Positions 59,501 through 64,000 of a DNA stretch of 64,000 nucleotides are shown here, piece after piece (position 1 is the stretch's first letter; every line of letters starts with the position of its first letter). The position numbers were made by a program, and so were the translations under genes. This DNA comes from Parcubacteria group bacterium (GTDB taxonomy: Bacteria; Patescibacteriota; Minisyncoccia; Moranbacterales; UBA2206), in NCBI GenBank assembly GCA_041674205.1, contig JBAYWF010000006.1, positions 410 to 64,409 on the forward strand. The letters are read 5' to 3'. The notes beneath the pieces were generated by a model. That model was not told the DNA's origin and did no database searches. It worked only from the letters and a program-made list of their open reading frames with translations.

Positions 59501-62061
59501 CCATCGATGACGATTCCGGAAGAAGCCGTCGAAAGGGAAGTGCTGACCACATTGGCAGTCATATTGACATTGGAAGCATTGCCCATAAACACACCGAAGG
59601 CTCCGCCTCCTCCCGCACCCATACGCGTAAACCGGTTGTTGAAAAGTGAACTATTGTTGGTTCCGACGAAAACCGCTACCGTTTCCCGCACATAGTCAAC
59701 ATAATTTCCATCCACCAATGCTCCATCCACACCCTGTCCGTTGGTCCACACCCCTGATCCGACGCCATAACCCGCTCCGCCGGTCACATGGATTCCATCC
59801 GTAAAGTATGCTGTTGCCGCGGAGTCGCCCAAAACACGGCAGCCTTTGATTACCGGACGTGCCAATTTCTCAGCAGTTCCATCAATCATAAAGATACCGA
59901 TTCTGGCTCCGGCTGCCGTGCCGCTGGCGCCAGCTATCTTGACGACGGATATGTTCAATATCTGATTATCTTCGCCTCCAGCCACCCGGATACCGTGTAT
60001 GTCAGTCGCTCCGGTACCGGAAACCTCCAAGCGGAAATCTTTCAACACCACGCCATCTTGGGGAACAGAACCATCTAAAGATCCGATGTGGAATGCCGCC
60101 ACTTGGTCGCCGCCGACAAAGCCTGCCGCGCGCACGATCGAAGAATCGCCATACCCCTGGATCTGGATGTCGCTGCGATCAATCAAAAGCGTACTGGAAA
60201 TATTATGCACTCCCGGCAACAGCGTGATCACACCTCCGCTTGAAACACTATTGATGGCAGCTTGGATATTCATACCCGGATAGACATACAATGTACTGGC
60301 CGGTATGGTCGTAATGGTTCCTGATGTTTTCACGTTGGATGATCCAGCGATCTTGACATCCCAATCTTCCAAATCCAATGCTCCGCTGCCGCCTTGCGAC
60401 TCAACAAAATTAGTCGAGCTCGCGTCGATATTGGAAGAAGCTTTAGGCAATAATATTTTCTGCGTGCCGGAAGTGGCGGAAACGCTGATGAATCTTGTCC
60501 TGATGACCGGACTTGTAGCGTCGGAACTATCTAAGAGAACCTTAGTGCCGTTAGTGATGAAATCCACCCATTCGAAAATAACCGAGGTCGTAGTCGCGGC
60601 ATCATATTTGGCATCGATACCGGATAAAGCAGTGATGGCGCTATCGACATAGATAGTCAATGATTTGAATTGCGTTTCCTTGACCCGCAAAACCCCGGCT
60701 CCCGTGATATTTATGCGGGTGTCTCCGGTATTCGCACCGATCAGGTTGATATTGGATAAATCCACGGAACTGGTAACATTATGCGTTTCCGGAGTCAACA
60801 GAATTATTCCTCCCCCCAAAGTATTCAAATAAGACGCTCCGGCCGCAAGCGTGGAATAGTCCCCGCCCGTTCCGACTGTCACTACTTTATTTGAATAGAC
60901 GGAAGTCGCGGTATAGTCAAACCAGCCATATACGCTCGGTGCCGTTTCGATGCAGACAAAAGCTGAATCGGCATTGGTATCATAATACATCCTTCCTTGG
61001 TTGGACGCGTCGCAGTCCGGAGTCAATACACTGCCATCGGCATTCTCAACCCGGAAATTTTTAGCTTCATTATGATTGAAGTCGGAGTCACCGCTGTTAA
61101 GTAATGATAAAGCGGTGGTAGCCCCGCCGTTTCCGACATTGAACACTATATTGCTGCTTCCAGCCGTATTGCCGCTAGCACTATTGCCTTGCAAAACCAG
61201 CGTATCGTCATCAGCGGTGCCGCCGATCAATATCTGTCCGCCGTTGCGTCCATCCAATAAAGCATATTGGCTGAAATAATCCGTCGAAGCCGCCGTCCAA
61301 GACGGTGCGGCCGAACCGGTTGAAGTCAAAAATCCGGCCGAACCCGCCAAACGGGTCGGTGCGCCGGAAGTTCCGCCATATACGATATCGCCTAAAGCTG
61401 ACATCGGATTGACCAGATAATCAGACGTGTCCCAAGAAAGCGTGCCACCGGTATTTTTCAAAAGTCCGTTATCCGCTATCGCCGGCAAAGTATAAGTGAT
61501 ATCCGCGGCTTGATCCGCGGCTTGGAAAATAGTTTTATAAATAGGCGATATTCCTCCTTCCAAAACTCCAAGCGCCGTAAACGAACCGGAGTTCGGCGTA
61601 ACCGACCCGATCGCTCCCGGGACGCTCCAGTCCTGCCCATCCAGCTTATCAGCATTGAACGCATATGGCGCGGCTGTAAATTGTACGCGCGGTTCCATTT
61701 CACCGTTACTGTTGAATTCGATGCCTAAGAAAATATTATCCGCATTGAAATCGACTGACCCGGGCAATGAAGTCGTATCACCTAAGTTAGTTTGAAAAAT
61801 ACCGTCATCCACCGCCAGCGATTTGCTTTCAGTCCAGATAAGGGTTCCGCCTGGGGCTTGCTGGTCATAAATCCGGAAAACGAAATCATAACTTGCGTCA
61901 GCCACATTGGTTCCGTCCGAATTGACGACCTTGCCCTGGAAATTTATTTGCTTATTGATTCCGACTGCCGCTAGAGCGCTTTTTTGGCAAACAAAAAATC
62001 CCCCTAGCATAATCAGCATAGCGGTTAAAAATATCTTTATTTTTAGGTTTCCTGGACCCAT
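56539..62061 (-). CDS. giant secreted protein (1840 aa) with parallel beta-helix (pectate-lyase-like) repeats
   Basis: Signal peptide MGPGNLKIKIFLTAMLIMLGGFFVCQKSALAA; Gly/Thr/Ser/Asn-rich; repeated NxxxNNxI/NGxSN-type beta-helix turns; acidic C-terminal tail. Confidence 0.7.
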   Translation of the reverse strand: MGPGNLKIKIFLTAMLIMLGGFFVCQKSALAAVGINKQINFQGKVVNSDGTNVADASYDFVFRIYDQQAPGGTLIWTESKSLAVDDGIFQTNLGDTTSLPGSVDFNADNIFLGIEFNSNGEMEPRVQFTAAPYAFNADKLDGQDWSVPGAIGSVTPNSGSFTALGVLEGGISPIYKTIFQAADQAADITYTLPAIADNGLLKNTGGTLSWDTSDYLVNPMSALGDIVYGGTSGAPTRLAGSAGFLTSTGSAAPSWTAASTDYFSQYALLDGRNGGQILIGGTADDDTLVLQGNSASGNTAGSSNIVFNVGNGGATTALSLLNSGDSDFNHNEAKNFRVENADGSVLTPDCDASNQGRMYYDTNADSAFVCIETAPSVYGWFDYTATSVYSNKVVTVGTGGDYSTLAAGASYLNTLGGGIILLTPETHNVTSSVDLSNINLIGANTGDTRINITGAGVLRVKETQFKSLTIYVDSAITALSGIDAKYDAATTTSVIFEWVDFITNGTKVLLDSSDATSPVIRTRFISVSATSGTQKILLPKASSNIDASSTNFVESQGGSGALDLEDWDVKIAGSSNVKTSGTITTIPASTLYVYPGMNIQAAINSVSSGGVITLLPGVHNISSTLLIDRSDIQIQGYGDSSIVRAAGFVGGDQVAAFHIGSLDGSVPQDGVVLKDFRLEVSGTGATDIHGIRVAGGEDNQILNISVVKIAGASGTAAGARIGIFMIDGTAEKLARPVIKGCRVLGDSAATAYFTDGIHVTGGAGYGVGSGVWTNGQGVDGALVDGNYVDYVRETVAVFVGTNNSSLFNNRFTRMGAGGGGAFGVFMGNASNVNMTANVVSTSLSTASSGIVIDGLDSGSLKQMTDSAFTSNTVDGSANGGVGFGTGVIIGAAANTGFHRNLFTNNIINGASDLVTVAIRITGNADDNNFSNNSINGISNAWDTGINIVSNTAERNFIGKNAFINTTATVADAGVATQLSVTQHNAAVNPTANEDAADGYVVGTVWVNTATSTAYIATSVVVGAATWEQIDGAAGGSSTLQSSYDIAGGNTITTTTGKNIAFTLGEVATPTSFTIENQDTAGVSAERIFNSIASGVLTNGLLFEQTGAGSVTNAINILETAGAISTGINIGNNIGTGISIGTGLTTGISVGSGGIVINGGALAVDNAAGITSNQAALNVNVNGTGTGNVQIGDGGAASATPDMLVLDSGSAEPAGTDGAMYYSTALGKFRCYENGSWKDCISTAASSLPDTAVFTDATPAAWTDSNTTEVFNDATKPNIATDSASSTVLVHVQVYGQTSNTNADAILAARIVRTTDGSDPSCASATNVGVPIIGNFTTSTSQPWQIVGTFIDSPATTGTIKYTVCTSSDSAGTATDTPNQVIVELAELGADLAENYYTQDDSIEPGDVVAINGEISAGIKKSEKIYDQNVIGVISTNPGITLDDAIGIGQGRAVAVALAGRIPVKVSSENGRVVAGDYLTASSVPGVAMKATKAGLVIGQALQDFGYADDTVGLVLTFVKNAYFNGTQIADSENEALSGTDLLQKLLLDKAQIDIAAPVSEIVGDRLVAGLEVVTPQVVADSIIAKTIKAEHIEGLEIMETGIQSAQDAAEDNTNEVKSLGQKIADIQKTIKSLSVKSGELIINGIVEFRERVSFKSAVEFLDKAIFRKDVEFAGQAIFNQDTAGYAVINDGQDSVKIKFEKEYAEAPVVNASLSLQQIDNDEVRQASEDLLLLSGIRFIITDVTENGFEIRIDQKAISEITFSWQAVAVKDAKISVSDSKDKDSKDKQEYVATEESDDIKSGDSGQVMAEDDALSVENAEITEADTAIIGDGTVAVAAMP

Positions 62062-62080
62062 AAAAATAGATTTTTAACGC

Positions 62081-62118
62081 AAATAAAAAAGAAAACGGGC
62101 GTTGTTCACCCGCTTTCT
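62081..62118 (-). terminator. rho-independent terminator (minus strand) after the 62161-63126 gene
   Basis: GAAAGCGGG-TGAACAA-CGCCCGTTTTC followed on the minus strand by TTTTTTATTTG. Confidence 0.6.
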
Positions 62119-62160
62119 TCAAGCTCTATGGATTAATTATACACTATTCAAAGACAAAAG

Positions 62161-63126
62161 TCAAGATTTTCCATCCTTCATTTGAGCCTTTTTGTCTTTA
62201 TTTTTTATTTTACGCCATAAAATGCGGCTTACAGCAATAATAACCGCTATTATTCCGATGATAATAATTATCGAGCCTATCGGAATCAGATTGAAACCGG
62301 CCTTCCGCATCACGAAACTATCCTGCCCATCAAAACGGTATTCCACTGAAAGGGTATAACGTCCGGGAAAGATACTCGCTGATAATTCCTGGAATGCGAC
62401 TGGAAAAGACCTGGCAGTTTCCGGCAAAATGATCGCTGACTCCGGATTGATTATCCCGCGCAACGTTTCCCGCCCGAAAAAATCAGTCACCTTCACGATT
62501 CCCCGCGGCACCAGATGGGTATTGCCGGTGTTTTGAAAAAATAACTTTATTCCTGCCGGATTTTTCAGAAACTGTGTCTGCAATTCCTGACCTTGCAATT
62601 CCAATCCAGGATTTTCCCCGCCAGCCTTTTCCGCAAAAACCAACGAGGCCAATTTGAAAGCTACCGATGAAGATCCTGGCGCGCCTTCCATCATAAAAAC
62701 GACCGCGCCGTAATGTCCGCCGACGGCCAAAGAATCATCATTTTTAAGCGTAACGATCACATCCTTTTTTTCTCCCGGTCCGAGCGCCAACGCATCCGAG
62801 TCAAAATCCATCCAATCTGCCAATCCATATTTTCTCGGCTGATTATCCGGCTCCAAAAGGGTTACGCCTCCGGAATCATCCCGCATTGAAAAATCAACCG
62901 CTGAAATATGGAGATTTGCAGCGGCATCCGTCGTATTTTCTATTGAAACGGAAAATTCAGCTTTTTGCTGACCAGGCTCAAGAACTATTTCTTGCGAAAA
63001 AGGTGAAAGCGCAAAGCCTGGATTCTTCTCCTCCGCCAAAACCGGTTGGCTCGCGCAAAACAGCAAGCCTATGGAAATCCCAAGGGAATATATTTTTATT
63101 TTTTTGATGACCATTTGATATTCCAA
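62161..63126 (-). CDS. secreted protein with C-terminal TM anchor and basic tail (DUF916/Csc-like topology; tentative)
   Basis: 321 aa; signal peptide with AEE cleavage region; beta-rich body; C-terminal IGSIIIIIGIIAVIIAVSRILWRKIKNKDKK. Confidence 0.5.
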   Translation of the reverse strand: MEYQMVIKKIKIYSLGISIGLLFCASQPVLAEEKNPGFALSPFSQEIVLEPGQQKAEFSVSIENTTDAAANLHISAVDFSMRDDSGGVTLLEPDNQPRKYGLADWMDFDSDALALGPGEKKDVIVTLKNDDSLAVGGHYGAVVFMMEGAPGSSSVAFKLASLVFAEKAGGENPGLELQGQELQTQFLKNPAGIKLFFQNTGNTHLVPRGIVKVTDFFGRETLRGIINPESAIILPETARSFPVAFQELSASIFPGRYTLSVEYRFDGQDSFVMRKAGFNLIPIGSIIIIIGIIAVIIAVSRILWRKIKNKDKKAQMKDGKS

Positions 63127-63155
63127 GTCTTTTTCTGAAAACGAAGTTTTAGGAA

Positions 63156-63986
63156 TTAAAAATTCACCGTGGCTGTCAGCGTCAATACTTCGCCATAATC
63201 ATTGCCGGACGGGGTTTCTCTGGCAGTCTTGACCTTCAGCAAAAATGAACCTCGACCGCCGGAAATCGGGCTGGCCGATGAAAATATTTCCCTATCGGCC
63301 GTATCCGCGATGCCCACGATATTGCCTGTCTGCTCATATAGGGCGTCCATAATGAACGGACCGCCGGAAATCTGGGCAGCCGAAGATCCCTGCACGCCGA
63401 AACCTTCATCTACCGGATCAAGGTCTCCTGACAACGAACTGACCAGGTGGCCGGTAGTCGGGCTCAAAAGTCCGGCATTGGCTCCGCTGATCGTCACGTT
63501 TCCGCCCAACTCACCATTAGTCGCGAAATCCACCCATCCCTTCTCCGCGCTGTCCACAACCACCCCATATGACACGCTTCCCAAATCGATCGCATAGGGC
63601 GCGCCGGTTTCCGAGTCTGTCGCGGAAACATCCAAATCAAAAGAGAGTATCTGGGGATCAGTAGCGGCAGTCGCGCTTGGACCATAATCAGTTTCTGAAA
63701 AACTGCCGTGCATCGCCTTGACCTTGACTTTATAGGTCGTATCAGCCGCCAGGCCGATCGTAAAAAAGCCGCTAGCACCGCCCCAAAGAGCATATGTTTG
63801 ATAATCTTCCAGCCCCAATGTCGCGCCGACCGTATTGTCATTTTGCACATATTCGGTCGTCACAAAATCATCCGTGCTGATGGCGATGGCGAAGCGGGTG
63901 TTGCTGGCATTATTGGAAGGATTGAGGATTATCCGCAGCTTATTATAAGAAGCGTCCGGATTATCAAAAGTCGGCGCGGCCGGCAC
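63156..63986 (-). CDS. hypothetical beta-rich surface protein (FN3/Ig-like), possibly 5'-truncated by the window edge
   Basis: At least 276-aa ORF; Thr/Ser/Gly/Asp-rich strands; 30-nt gap to the downstream anchored protein, consistent with co-transcription. Confidence 0.45.
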   Translation of the reverse strand: MPAAPTFDNPDASYNKLRIILNPSNNASNTRFAIAISTDDFVTTEYVQNDNTVGATLGLEDYQTYALWGGASGFFTIGLAADTTYKVKVKAMHGSFSETDYGPSATAATDPQILSFDLDVSATDSETGAPYAIDLGSVSYGVVVDSAEKGWVDFATNGELGGNVTISGANAGLLSPTTGHLVSSLSGDLDPVDEGFGVQGSSAAQISGGPFIMDALYEQTGNIVGIADTADREIFSSASPISGGRGSFLLKVKTARETPSGNDYGEVLTLTATVNF

Positions 63987-64000
63987 ATTGGCCTGTCCCG

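Overview
The window reads as a low-to-moderate GC, gene-dense bacterial fragment with short intergenic spaces, many strong rho-independent terminators and weak Shine-Dalgarno usage. The gene content (type IV pilus module, giant secreted beta-helix protein, many small membrane or secreted hypotheticals, reduced core set) is compatible with a Patescibacteria/CPR-like or other small-genome lineage; this is an inference only. Recognisable content: tRNA-Ser; recG; a 3-methyladenine glycosylase (Mpg family); a GT2 processive glycosyltransferase; a YerC/TrpR-like regulator; a HAD hydrolase; tRNA-Glu; an ECF sigma with putative anti-sigma; tsaD; Hsp20; a VanW-family protein; a four-tRNA array (Arg, Lys, His, Arg); a minus-strand type IV pilus block (histidine kinase, receiver, PilB, PilC, pilin-like proteins, PilM/N/O-like); an unusual nucleotide-excision-repair supercluster (uvrA, short uvrC, second uvrA, uvrB); a DsbA-like protein; a divergent RelA/SpoT-like synthetase-domain protein; a DUF360 membrane protein; secG; a peptide ABC substrate-binding protein with an apparent 5' frameshift; manC; RNase J; a LytR_C-domain membrane protein; and an 1840-aa secreted beta-helix protein with anchored partner proteins. 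Candidate novelties: the RSH-like protein; a GC-rich structured ~170-nt element bracketed by tRNA-Glu and a partial copy of its 3' end; a dispersed ~24-nt hairpin repeat family with inverted copies flanking one membrane-protein gene; an AT-rich five-gene island of hypotheticals between recG and mpg; and a small Cys-rich ORF with its own SD and terminator inside the uvr cluster. No CRISPR array, reverse transcriptase, integrase or transposase was seen.
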